A stretch of DNA of 64,000 nt from NCBI RefSeq assembly GCF_009914755.1, contig NC_060931.1, one strand, 5' to 3'. The notes beneath the pieces were generated by a model, which worked only from the letters and a program-made list of their open reading frames with translations, was not told the DNA's origin and ran no database searches. This DNA comes from the human T2T-CHM13v2.0 reference genome, Homo sapiens. This document shows positions 12,955 to 26,478 of the stretch, piece by piece. Positions within the stretch are counted from its first letter, which is position 1; each line of letters begins with the position of its first letter. The translations under genes and the position numbers were made by a program.

Positions 12955-13949
12955 GATTTTTTTTTTTAATGTAAGACTTATAATTGAAAACAATTTCACA
13001 TTCGAATTTTTAATTTAATTAAAACAACATGAAATACAAGTAAATAATTTTGGGGAAGAAAATACATTTATATAACAACACATATGTCTAATTTTATTGA
13101 TCAGAGTGACATTTTAAAATGTTTTTTCCAGATATAAACAATGACTGTTTTTTGTTTAGTGAAATAGAAATTTAATTCTTCTTCTGCCTATAAAAAAAAT
13201 TAAAATAACAAGATTTTTTTAAAAGAATCTCAAGGTATTTTTGCACATCGAGACTAATGTGAAGAAAATCATTTTCAGAATTTTTATTGTGAAATACAAA
13301 CATGATTTTTTTTTCTGTAAAGCATATTCATTAAAACTATGCTTGGAAATTAACATTTCAGCAGAAACCACACATAAAATTTCAGTTTATTAAGACAAAA
13401 AAACTAGAGAGTTTGGGCTTTCTTGTTTTCCTAATAATGACATTCTGTTTTATTTTCTGACAAGTTTACTGACAGGGCTTTAGAGGTAACTTAACAGTAT
13501 CTGTACTTACCTGTCAGCCAGGAATGAGTCACTCCTGAATTTACTAAAAATGACATCATCAACATGGTTTAATAATGAACCTTGGGGAAGATTTTATGAT
13601 ACTGTGTGACACGAGACCCTCTCATTAGTGCCATAGGTTTCATTAGTACATGTCATTTTTTCCAACCTTTGCAGCATTACTGGTTGAATACAGCATATTC
13701 TGAACATCTCTACATTTGTGACATCTCTTAATGTCACATTTCTTTATTTTTACAAAAGCTGTTTATAGCTTGTTGGATTATCTAAACATGTTTAAAAGAT
13801 GAGGAAATACTGTAAAGCAAGGAAAATGAGAAAAATTCATAGATTTGCAGGAAAAAAGAAAGAAAAACTACACAGATAACATTAGGCCAGGGAAATGCTT
13901 GTTTCCTGTTAGTCCTGATACCCGTGGAAGGCAAACTTCTATCAGGGCA

Positions 13950-14055
13950 TGAGCCTGTGATTCAGGCTAGGGTTCTAAACCCAGCTTTGCCAGTAATAAC
14001 CTATGTTACTCTTAACCTTTCTTAGATTCATTTTTGATATGTGTGATAGAGGATG
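13950..14055 (+). mobile_element. MIR fragment
   Basis: GGGTTCTAAACCCAGCTTTGCCA...TTACTCTTAACCTTTCT resembles the MIR core. Confidence 0.55.
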
Positions 14056-15899
14056 AAAATTCTAGGATTCTCTTTGATTAGCACTGATTTTTGGGGGGGG
14101 GACCTTTGTGAATTTGTTTGTCTTTTGTAGCTCCTCCTCCTTCCTTCCCTTTCTTCTCTTTCACAAATATTGATGGAGCAAATAACAAATGCCCTGTATC
14201 ATAATGGGCATTGCAGATAAAATCAGGCACCTCATTTTATATATGTAAAGATAGATAATATAATTACCATACACAAGTAGATTCAGTCACTCCAAAGTTA
14301 CATTTGACTCTATAGAAAATCCCTTTGGGAATGAATTTAACAAAGTCTGGATGCTGTTGTTTATTTGCAGTTAACAAGATAATGAAGAAAAATTGTCAGA
14401 TTTGTGATTTAAGTACTTCCATTTATATTTTATGAATTATCTTAAGGAAGCAAAAGATCTACATTTTTTTTCAAAGGGGCCAGAATTAAAAATGTCCAGT
14501 ACAGGTTTAGTCTTTTAAAAGCCAATGCAAGTAATAAAGGTTGTGTTAAATTAAGTCCAGTCCATCATTCGTCATTTTCAATTTTAAAGCTAACATTTAC
14601 CATGTGCTAGTTCAAGCCAACTTTACAAAGCCTGTCACTGTGATATCTAATGTGGTGAATCCCACTTGAGTTTCTAATGTCTTCTCCTGACATTTCTTCA
14701 GGAGTGACTGATAGTGCCACAGGTCCAGATGGACTGAATAGTGGGGATTGATACTGATACAAATGAAGCTTAGAAACAAGAAAGAGTTATGGAAAACACA
14801 TCTTAGTGAAAGATCATGTCTTATTCTGATGACTTGTTTAAAATACAACATAATTTTTCCATGATGTTAGAGAGATAACACATTTCCATGTATATTTCCA
14901 TAAATGTTTCAAGTAAAAATGGGTAAATAAGCACTAAAAGATATCATTCACATGCACACAGTTATAAGGTTATATCTGCAAAATTTATAACTATAGATAT
15001 CACATCAAAATCAAAATTAAGAGAACAGATATTTTTAAAAACCTTCTTGTTTGTCAGGTGGTTACTGAACTACTTGTCATCATAGGACTAATTTGTCTTT
15101 CTAAAGGTAAAATCATGACAGATATTAAGTGTAGAATGAAGGTAGGAGTATTCAATACATTTTGTGGTATTGGTTTAGACATCAGGAAAGCTCCTGGGAA
15201 AATTCCATATGCTAGTGAAACTATAAATTGCATTGAGTGTTTATTGGTTTCTGTCATGGTATAGTAGGTATTGGTTAGTGATTTTTTTAAAAAGGAAAAT
15301 TCATTTGTTTGTAGCTTTCATTTCTCAGTTACGTGTTTTCAGGAAGGTGCATTTGTCTTATGAAGGTGGTATAAAGGAACTACTTTAGAATTCAGTTCTC
15401 ATCACAAACAAATATCTTAATGTAATATATTTATTTTTTCCCAGGGAAGCCAGAGAGGCATATGATATCTGGTGAATAACTATGGCCTACCAATCGTTAA
15501 ATAAAATGGACACAATTTACTTTTACTTCTTGAAAAAAATTTTCCCCATCAAAAGGATCATTAATTCAAATAAAATTCAAAGTGGTGTATTTAAAATACA
15601 CACTTTTCTTCTAGTAATCTCAAAATCAACCTGGTTTGTACAACATAAAAGATGTAAACTCTCAATCATATGAAATTTTCTTTCACTGCATTAATATTCA
15701 GTGAAGCTTGTGATTTTAGCAAATCTCTTCTGCTGGTTTAGAGGGAACAACAAAATATCAGGCTTTTAGGGTGTGCTTCCAATACTGCCCTGGGTAGACA
15801 TGGGGAGAATTCAGGTCATAGAATTTAATGACTTTTTTTCAAAAGCAAAACACATGCACACTAATAATTTAAATAACCTTTCTTGTCAACAATAGAAAT

Positions 15900-16770
15900 A
15901 TGTAACACAGCAATAGCTGATTAATAGCAAAATTAATGGTGTAGGCAATAATTGCTAAAGGAGTTCACAAGAAAAGATTGCTTTACTGGAGAGGTGAGAT
16001 ACACATTAATGCAAAGTTAGGAATTGAGCTGAGAAATGAAGAATGGAAACAGGGCAGGAAAGTCATTCTAGGATTAAGAAGTGCGAGAAATGCCCACAGC
16101 TAAGGCAGAGGGATAAGAAAGTAAAATGATCGTTTTTAAGATAAGAATGAGCATGGCTATATGAAGGGTATCTGTATAGAGTAGAAAAACTAGAAAATTA
16201 GCTTAGAGTCAGGATATGATGACTTTTGAATGCCTGGCTATGTGATTTTGTCTTTATCTCTTAAATCAGAATTTCACAGAGCACAGTCTTCAAAACAGTA
16301 GTTTCATAAGATGTGATAGCTATTCCTCGGGGATGCAGTAAGGGCGTGAGTGAGATTTTGAAGTTCAAATATATTTGGGAAATTCTCAATGAAAAAAAAA
16401 ATTTCCTATAATACACCTTCATGGCGCTATGGTTGTATTAATGTGCATTGTGAAACTCCAAGAGGAAGACAGAGACCAGATGAACCCCCAAACACATTTG
16501 AATGTGAAATGTTTTTCCCGTGAATCATCCCACAGCGTAGATGTGTACATAGAACAAAACTTAGGAAATACTGTTTTTTTTGTCGCTGTTGAGCAGGAAG
16601 GTGAAGAAGTTTTATTGGCTCTATTGTGTGCCAACAGTTTATTAGAGAGTAAGAATGTAGAGATACATAAGAAGTACACATTATCTTGAAAGAGCTCATA
16701 GTGTAGTTATAAACAAACTCCCCAAAAGTGTGACAGCACTTCATGCATGCAATAATAAGACTCCAAAGGG
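15900..16770 (-). mobile_element. L2 LINE fragments on either side of a hAT MITE
   Basis: Purine-rich antisense L2 body (CTTTTGAATGCCTGGCTATGTGATTTTGTCTTTATCT) and a second L2 3' piece at about 16590-16770. Confidence 0.55.
16267..16573. mobile_element. Non-autonomous hAT-Charlie DNA transposon (MITE)
   Basis: Imperfect terminal inverted repeats CAGAATTTC...GAAATACTG. Internal ATGTGCATTGTGAAACTCCAAGAGG and AAATATATTTGGGAAA match a Charlie-type MITE consensus. Confidence 0.7.
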
Positions 16771-16774
16771 AGAG

Positions 16775-17023
16775 GCAGGCATACTGTAGTGTTTAGGCAC
16801 ATGGACTTTGGATCCAGACCACTGATGCTTGAATTTTGGTTCCATCACTAACCAGCTATGTGGTATTGGATAATATACTCCCCTTTCTGTGCCTCAGTTT
16901 TTTCACCTGTAAAATGGACAAACTAAGACCAACTCCAGATGGTTACTATAAAGTTTATAATGCATATAAAGCATGTTAACAGTCTGGTATGTAATAACTT
17001 CTATGTAAATATTCAGTTATTAT
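16775..17023 (+). mobile_element. MIR SINE, near full length
   Basis: CTGTGCCTCAGTTTTTTCACCTGTAAAATGG core plus tRNA-derived head and 3' tail. Confidence 0.85.
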
Positions 17024-17184
17024 GTAGTATAAAAACCTTATAATATAAAAATATAATAATATAATATAGAAACCTTATAAAATTGTAATCATATTATAAA
17101 AACATTAACATATAAAAACATAAATGCCTTCATGTCTTCCAGAAATATGAAATAATTCTACATTTCTCAAACATACTATATGAA

Positions 17185-17860
17185 GAGTTAAGAGATGAAA
17201 GATGAGGCTGGAGAGATGTAGATGTTTTACTGAAAAGTTTGCACTTTATTGTGTAGGTGAAGAGGAGTCAAGGAATGATTCTAGGAAGAAAATCATGATC
17301 AGATTTATAATTTCAAAAAGTTATTCTGGTGACAAGCGAAGAGGCTCTTGCTCTTGCAACACATGTTTAAGAAATGGGGGCCTGTACCAAGGCTGAGTCA
17401 GGTAAAATGGAGAGAAAATATCTAGTCCAAAAATATTTAGGGAATATAATTATAAACCCATGATGATTGAAGGGATGCGAAGGAGAAGGAAGAATTGAGA
17501 ATACATGTTGAGTTTGTAGCTCGAAATACTAAATGAAAAATATCATCACTAATCAATTTTGGAGAACAAAAGAGGAGCAGAATGAGATGTGGGTTAGGAA
17601 CAGTGCAGGAAGACGAACAGTAAGATTAAATTGTTGTCCTTTCAAGTTTGAGGTCCTAATGGTACATACAGGGGGATCTACCTAAGAGATAATTCAGACA
17701 TATATCTCGAGCCATGGAGCAAGATTTTATTATAGCTAGAGGTAAAGATTGGTAAGTCACTACTATACCACAACATATAACATGTAAAGACAGGGGAAAT
17801 GATGAGAATGCCTACACAGACCATATACTCAAGACAGGAGGAACAGCAAGGGTATGATCT
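17185..17860 (-). mobile_element. L2 LINE fragment
   Basis: AAGTTTGCACTTTATTGTGTAGG...ATGATCAGATTTATAATTT...AAGTTTGAGGTCCT is antisense L2 body. Confidence 0.65.
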
Positions 17861-18474
17861 GAGAAAAAGAAATACACAACAAAAAGTTTAAGACTCGAAT
17901 TATGCAAATGGTGTTTTGGAAGTTGTCGTATGCTCTATTAATGTTCAATTCAAAATGGGACTTCCATTGTTCCCTCAGGAGTCATTGTGATCAACACTCC
18001 CCTGCCCCCCAACAGACACACACACATGTGCACATACACACACATACACACAGAATCCAATGTTCTTACTTATTGACGGACAGAATCAGAGACAGGGTAC
18101 TCTTTTTCCCTCCTTCTTGACATTATTATATAGATTTGTTTCTTCAAATAATTCCATAGTACATATTTGAAGACCACTATCTACCAAACACGGTGACTTG
18201 AATATGCAATATGTGGAGTATTTAAATTACATGATATGAGCGCAAAAATACCTTAAGGAGAAAAAGGTATTAGAAAAAAAGAGACAATGATATGTCAAGT
18301 ATTACTCTGTACATGTTTCTTAAGAAGGAGGGAGGCTGGAAGGTCACGCTAAGAGCAAATGCACATGCTGCTCTTTCTATGTAAGTCTCAGGGTCATTGC
18401 TACATATTTTAATAAGACCAAGGAAACATATGTGATTTATTCCAATTTGGAAAACAGAATGCTGCTGGGAAATG

Positions 18475-18640
18475 ATGTGGCATAGTGGAACAAGGCGTTG
18501 GTGTCAGAGAGATCTTAGTTGGCTTTATAGCATCGTCCCTTTCTTGGTAAAGAACTTTGGAAAAGATATTTAACCACTGTGTGCCCCTATTCCTTCATAT
18601 GAAAAAAGATACAATGTAATATTCACCTCAGATTGTTTAT
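18475..18640 (+). mobile_element. MIR fragment
   Basis: GTGGCATAGTGGAA...TTTGGAAAAGATATTTAACC...TTCCTTCATATGAAAA. Confidence 0.6.
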
Positions 18641-18659
18641 CAATTTACTAGCTGATGAT

Positions 18660-20580
18660 CATTTGGCTATTATGTTATATACTATGGCTCTATGAACATT
18701 GATAAACATTTTTGTAGACATATTCATATTTTTCTTCATAAAATATCTGTTTGAGATTGCTAGATAATATACAAATGTTTAACTCTATAAGAAGGTGCCA
18801 AACCACTTTCCCAAATTTTTTGCCGCATTTTGCATTTCTGCCAACAATGTATGAGAGTCTAGTTGCTGTAACATCCTTGCCCAAATTTGCTGTGGTCAAC
18901 TTTTGTACTTTGAGTCTAAAGGACGTGTAGTGATCTTTCATTGTGGTTTTAATGTGTGTTTCTCTTATGATTAAAAAATGTAAGCATCTTTTCATGTTTT
19001 TTGGCCATACTTTTTTTTTGGTCAAAATTATGTTTAATCTTTTGACCATTTATTTGATTGGGTTGTTTGCCTTATAATTATTCAGTTGTATGAGTTCTTC
19101 ATGTATTCTAGATACAAGTTCTTGTTCTTTATCTAATACATGTTCTGCAAATATTTTCTCCATCTGTGGCTTGCTTTTCATCTTCTTAACAAAGTCTTCC
19201 TAAGACAAAATTTAAAAATTTTGATCAACTACAGTTTATCATTTTTTGTTTCAAAATTTTTGCTTTTTAATCTTATTTTGGAAGTGTTTACCTTATCCAA
19301 AGTCACATAAATCTATGTTTTTCATAATTTTTTGATCTTGGCTCTTATGTTTAAGTTTATACTTCATTTATAGTTATTTTTATGTGATATGAGATAAAAA
19401 GTCAAGGTTTATTATTATTCCTTTTTGCACATGGATATTACATCCAACTATTGTAGTGACAGTTGTTGAAAAGATCATCTTTTTTTATTAAGCATACATT
19501 TGCCATTTGTTGAAAATCAACTGACCAAATGTATATTGGTCAATTTTCAAACTCTGTATTGTTTTCCATCAGTCTATATGCCTGTCTTTATGACAACATC
19601 ACACTATTTTTACAATGTAGCATTATGTCTTTAAATGAAATAATGTAATTTCTCTAATTATGTTCTTATTGTTTAAAATTCTTTTTTGGCTATTATAGGT
19701 TCTTTGGGTCCATGTAAATTTTAGAATCAGTTTGTCAATTTCTATAAAAATATGTTGAAATTGTAATTGAGATTTTATTAAATATGTAGATCACCAATAG
19801 TAGTATCTTCATAATAGTGTGTCGTCTAATCCATGAATATGGTATATCTCTACATTTATTTATGTCTTCTTTAATTCTTTTTCTTATTATACTTTAAGTT
19901 CTAGGATACATAAGCACAACGTGCAGGTTTGTTACATATGTATACATGTGCCATATTGGTGTACTGCACCCATTAACTCATCATTTACATTAGGTATATC
20001 TCCTAATGCTCTCCCACCCCCCTCCCCCTACCCCACAACAGGCCCTAGTGTGTGATGTTCCCCATCCTGTATCCAAGTCTTCTCACTGTTCAATTCCCAC
20101 CTATGAGTAATAACATGTAGTGTCTGGTTTTCTGTCCTTGTAATAGTTTGCTCCAAATGATGGTTTCCAGCTTCATCCATGTCCCTACAGAGGACATGAA
20201 CTCATCCTTTTTTATGGCTGCATAGCATTCCATGGTGTATATGTGCCACATTTTCTTAATCCAGATTATCAATGATGGACATTCGGGTTGGTTCCAAGTT
20301 AGGAAAAGAGGAAGTCAAATTGTCCCTGTTTACAGAAGACATGATTGTATATTCAGAAAACCCCATCGTCTCAGCCCAAAATCTCCTTAAGCTGATAAGC
20401 AACTTCAGCAAAGTCTCAGGATTCAAAATCAATGTGCAAAAGTCTTCTTTACATTCTTACAGCAATGTTTTGTCTTTTTCAATGTAAAAATCTTGAGTGT
20501 TTTAATAATTTATCTCTATACATTTCATGTTTTTAGATGCTACCATAAGTGGTGTTTTTTAATTTAAATTTTCAGTTGTC
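18660..20580 (-). mobile_element. Old mammalian L1 (L1M: MB/MC/ME-type), interrupted by a younger L1PA
   Basis: Antisense ORF2 remnant (ORF track: KNMKRCLHFLIIRETHIKTTMKDHYT). The consensus resumes after the insertion (AGCAATGTTTTG...GATGCTACCATAAGTGG). Confidence 0.9.
19880..20441 (-). mobile_element. L1PA (PA4-PA6-like) with 5' inversion (twin priming)
   Basis: 19880-20299 is the antisense L1 3' end and 20300-20441 is a sense RT segment ([18 protein letters not shown]...KINVQK). TSD GTCTTCTTTA(C)ATTCTT at 19864-19879 and 20442-20458. Confidence 0.95.
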
Positions 20581-21039
20581 CACTATCCTTAAAGATCATT
20601 TATATAGACCCCATGAGGAAATGTCATTTTTTTTTTCATTTTTACTTTGTTTGATACCTGGTCACTAGTTCAACCTATTCTTTTGTCATGACTTTTTTTC
20701 TAGAACTTTACTTCAGATCCAGATTTTGGTGGCCTCAATACATTTCAGTTCACATTTAACAATGATACAAAAGTTTAAAAGAAGAAATATTTCCTTTATA
20801 ACTATAGTTTTCTATCAAATTAGGAAAATTAATTGGAAAATAGATAATGAGAGCCTGATATCAGGGCACTCAGATCTACGCTTTGAGTGACTATGTGTAT
20901 ATGTGGGGGAAATATAAGGAAATACATAATTTAAAAACTTTGTAAGAAGAGGAAGGATGAGTACCAATATGCAGAAAGTATATGAAAATATACTAGAAAG
21001 AACATAACAACTAATATTTGTTTTTTACTCCAAAACTTT

Positions 21040-21195
21040 CACAGTACATTCTTGAGCATCATGTAATCTGTCAGCTATGTTACTTATTATTTTACAGATG
21101 AAGAAATTGGGTATTGGAAATATAGTACATTTTTTAATATTATGGAAATAGTAATCAGTGCCTAGGCCTTGTGAGTCTTAGCTCTTTTGACTAGA
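21040..21195 (-). mobile_element. MIR fragment
   Basis: ATTTTACAGATGAAGAAATTGGG is the antisense MIR core. Confidence 0.7.
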
Positions 21196-23929
21196 TGGGT
21201 TTCCTCTCAGTTTACCTAGATAGGACTTTTGCAACTCATGTACCTAATTGCATCTTTCAAGATGTATATGTGGATGTATTTATCCCTGGCTAAGCACCAT
21301 CTAGCAACCAGATGGTCAGATAGGTAAGCTTTCATTAATATATATTCACTTCAAACAATATTGTACTACCTTTTATTTTTTACTTTTGTTCCATCTGCTC
21401 CAAAAGTATCTTAAAAAGAAGGCTTCCCTAGCATTGTTCAATTTTCTCATAAACAATAAAGGGACTGATTTATAATAGCTTAATTGGATTATAGCTAAAC
21501 TTTATAACTGAGTCACTGAGAAGTTACACATTTAAATCAAACAAACAAATGCAAAATAAATTCAGAGTTATTGCATTAATATAAGCTTCACACAGGTTCC
21601 TCTCTTGAAAATTCAGAATGGTTGTCTTATGATTGGGTTATTCTCAATCTTACTCTTAAGAGTCTCAGTTCTGTTCCTGCATTGTAAAGGTCTTGTGCCA
21701 TTTCCTTTTCATATGTATTGCAGAGAGCTTAAGAATATCACTATACTTTATGAAACTGGCAATTAATCTGTTTCCAATACTTTACTTTTGTATTTGGACT
21801 CAAATTCATTATTTCCACCTTTCTTACTCCTTTAAAAATTACATATAGTATTTGTATTACATCAGTCCTCTTGTTCCTCCATATGTTTTCCTTTTCTGTT
21901 TCTGCTTTTTTCCTTTCAGCCTGAAAATAATTGTCTGGCTGACTTTCCTCTCACCCTGAGCTTCCCACCCTGTGCGGTCATCAAGACTTTTTGTATTGCT
22001 AGCTTTTAGTAAGGCTACACATTCACTGAAGCTGTAGTGTTTGAAATATATTCCAGAATGCTTTCTCCACACAGTTTGGGAGCTGTTAATTTTCTCAGGA
22101 AATTTCATCAGTTTTGCTTTCTGGTAGAATGTTATTCTGGAACACCAGCCCAAACTCCTAATGCTTCCATTTTAAGATTTTTTAGGCCACGCTAAAGCAG
22201 CAGCCCTTTAAAGTCTACAGCTTCCAGGAAGCTTTGCCAGCACTCCCTTACTGGCAGATCACTTTACTCCAGATCACTTGTTCTTGTGTTCACATGTTAA
22301 ACACAAATTCTCAGCTTTTAGTTAGTTTTGTTGAAATCTTAACTAATGAAAATGTGGCAGTTGCTTGCAGTAGAATTTTGATATTATATGTGTTAAGTAG
22401 ATATTGTGACTACTAGCACCACCTTCCCAATACTGTAATTATGAAGAATGTTTATTTAAGAAGTAAGACATTTAAAAGAAGATTCAGTATTCATAACATT
22501 GATATAATTGATAGTGGCTAATTAATAGAAATCCACTAAGCAATCCATTGAAATTATAAGGAACTATTTTAGCATAATAAAACATTGAAGAATTAGTGAA
22601 GACTATGGTTAGATTATCTACAGTACCAAATATTAATATTTCATTTAGATAAATTATTTTTTAACTAAAATTATTTTTCAGCAGAGTCATCAAATACTAA
22701 CTAAACTATAATTTCTTCTGGGTTAATTTGTTCACCTATGTCTACCTTTGTATATTATTAGAAAAAAATGTGTGGTTAATTTTTCTAATTTTTGATATAT
22801 AATATCAATATTTGTGTTCAAAATATATGTACATATGCATACATACTTATGTATACACATACATAAATCTAGAGAAAGAATAATCTCAAACTTTTCAGAA
22901 TAACACATGTGAACAACCAGATTATATATTTTTTATTATAGCTTAGTAACAAATTAATCCCTTTTCATGCAAATTGTCCTTAAAATTCTAAAGCAGCATT
23001 GTACTACAGTTTATAAAAAAACACCAAAAAAAGATTTTGTAGTTGATTGGAAAAGAGAAATTTATGTTACTGCTTGTTAGTAGACACTTCCTAACTGCAT
23101 ATTTTAAATAAATATTTCTTGTTGGCTGATTAACATTGGCTTACTAGGAATTTTTTTTTTCTATGGAAGGCTTAGATGAATCAATGTTTCCGAGATGCTT
23201 TTATGGCATTAGCATGTATGGCACTGTTTTAGTCCTTAAACCAATTGATTATGTTTCAGATATTTCCTAAGGCAATTTTCTTTTTTTTTTTTTCAGAACA
23301 TGTACAATAAGTTAATCTATTAAACTGAAGTTCATTTTTTTCCTCTTATGTTTAGTCTGATGATGAGGTTCTAAGTCTCTAGTGCTAGAAAAAGAAAACA
23401 GAAAATACAAATAAAACCTTCTACTCATGGATAATTTCATCTCACTTTATCATTATTGATGCTTTTTTCATTTTGAGAATGGTATAAGTGTGCCATGCTT
23501 TAAAACAAACAGTGACAAAAAAGATGCACTATAATAGTTAATTTGTATAGAGAGTGTGATTCCAGAGGCAGAAAATTTATGATACTCTATATTTGAAAAG
23601 AGTTTAAGTGGATTATCCTACTTTTCACCTGGATCAAAAACCATTTGAGATTGTTCCAAAAAATTTTCAGTCAACTGTCAAAAAGTAATTACCAATTGTC
23701 CAATTACCATTACTCCCATTTGACTATTTTGTTATTATGGATCATTTAATTAACATTTATTGATTATACGTATTTCAGTTTTCCTCTGCAATGCAATTCC
23801 TTCCATAATTATTGGTGCATGTTTAACTGAATGGTCTTATGATAGAGTAATTACTAGAACCTTGTATCACATTTTGATCTTATCTCTCATAAGCTTCTCT
23901 GCTACATTTCAGGCAGTCTCACAGCCATG

Positions 23930-25830
23930 CTCAGTACTTATCAAATGTCATGTCATCTCCGCAAATCACTAATTTAGCATTTTAGTTTGTAGCACAAGTT
24001 GGATTCTTGAAGTACCCTCACCCATACGATCATTCTTTCATTTTGTTGTCACCACTTTTTCCTTGATTCCATTGTCATCGGCCTCTCTTCATCCCTTAGT
24101 TTGATTGTTGAAATATCCACATTTAATTATTCTTCCACTTCATCATGTCATCTGGTGCTTTCATACTACCATCATAGGCCTTTCCTGATTCATTAGCTTC
24201 TCTCACCCTTCCCTTCTGCCTTCTTTTCAATTCTTAACCAGCTTAGATTACATGGATCATCATGTCAATAAGTACATGTCAATATCCCAATTTCCCTTGC
24301 CCCATTAGTTCTGGCCTTCCAATCAAGAAAATCATCAACCCCCAATGAAGTCAACTATCTGTGTTTTCTGTCCTATGTCAGTGCAGCGTAGCTTAGCTAG
24401 TAACAATAACAATGTACATTAAACTACTACCACTATAACTACTTTATATTTGTTAGCTTTGACAGGACTATCAACATTGCCATGTAATCATACTATGTTT
24501 TGTCTCTCCTACCCTCTGAAAAGATTATTTCAAGCTTGCTCTATTCTCTACAAAACTCCAAGTCCCTATTACTCCCTTCATTCTGAAAATGACCTGGCCT
24601 GAACAAAAACAAAAACAACACCAAAAAAGAGAAGTTCTTGTAAAAGCTTTCAATTTTATATGGGAGACAAATAAAGTTACAGGGAGCTCTTCAAAGCAAT
24701 TTTCTTAAAGTGGTGCTGTCATACCCCCGCCTGCATCTGCACTATCCACTCCTTATCCCAGAGTTATTAAATCCAATAAAAGTTTTTGGGTATTCTGCCT
24801 ACTTTACCACAACTTCCTTCTTGCAACACTGTTTATTTTTTTCTATACCAAGGTAAATTTTTGTTCTGCTCCTACCTCTCTGCACCCATTTTAACAAGGC
24901 CTTTGCTTGCCCATTTTTCTCTACTTTTCTGTTGAATGTTGGGATCTTCTAGGCTCAGTCTGGGCTCTCCTTTCCTTTTCATTCTGTAGTCTTCTCCAGA
25001 CCAACTAAATTGATGAATGGCATTAGGCCAAAACCTGTCATTCATGCCAGTGACCCATGATTATATCTCCAGTCCAGTTCTCTCCTGACATTCAGAGGAA
25101 TATATTCTTTATCTTCTAGATATTGTCACAGATGTTCAGAAGCACATCAAATTCAGCTAAGTCCAAAGCTACACAATACTACACCCCTACCTTCCTTGTG
25201 TGTTCCATTCTTAAAGAAAGGGACAGCCATCCATCCGTTTACAAAATCAGAAACCGAGAAGTCATTCTGAACGTCTTTGTTTCTTTTGCCCTTTATCCAA
25301 TCCACTAGCAAGCCATATTGATATATTTTACCTCCAGAGATATCTGAGTAACTGTTTCTCCACATTTCTACCATTATGACACCCAAGTACAGCTGCCATC
25401 TATCTTCTCTTGCCAACATTGCTTCAATAGTATCAATAATGTTCTCTGTAACCTGCCCATATCTTCTCTTAGAGCTCTTTTTTTATACATATATAACAGC
25501 CAGAGAGAGTTTTGAAAAGCTGATATTATTACTAACCTGTTTATTTCTTAAAACCATTCTGCCCCACTTCGTTCTCCAGCTACATTGGCCTTTAATCAGC
25601 TGTTTAATGTGCCAAACCTATATCTGCCTCAGAGCCTTTGCACATATTTTTGCCTCTACTTCAAGGGCACCCCTACTCACACACACATAGCTCCATTGCC
25701 ACCACCCTTAGCTATCATTTTTACATAGCTCAAAAATCACTTCTTCATAGCAATCTCCCTTGACATTCCAGATAAGATTAGTCTCCTGCAATTGACTTTC
25801 ATAGTATTACATATATGTTTTTCATAAAAG
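23930..25830 (+). mobile_element. Long degraded L2 LINE
   Basis: Pyrimidine-rich L2 body (TATATCTCCAGTCCAG, CTCAGAGCCTTTGCACAT, CTCAAAAATCACTTCTTCA). Boundaries approximate. Confidence 0.7.
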
Positions 25831-25889
25831 CTGGTTTAACAAGTAAGTGTGTATTGATCCAATGATAAAATTCCATGGCAAACAATCAG

Positions 25890-25960
25890 TTCAATTCAGT
25901 AAACATTTACTGAGTGCCTACTATATGCCTGACCCAGTGTATTGCTCTCACAACCAGAGA
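25890..25960 (-). mobile_element. L2 3' end fragment
   Basis: ATTCAGTAAACATTTACTGAGTGCCTACTATATGCC. Confidence 0.7.
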
Positions 25961-26030
25961 AGACAGCCACATCTTTTAAAATAAGGAAAATTATGCTTTC
26001 AAAGAAAAGTACAACCCTCATTTCAACTGA

Positions 26031-26478
<448 letters not shown>

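Noticed and set aside
16419-16744. Three overlapping ORFs of 86-105 aa
   Set aside because: They fall on a hAT MITE and an L2 remnant, with no splice or homology support.
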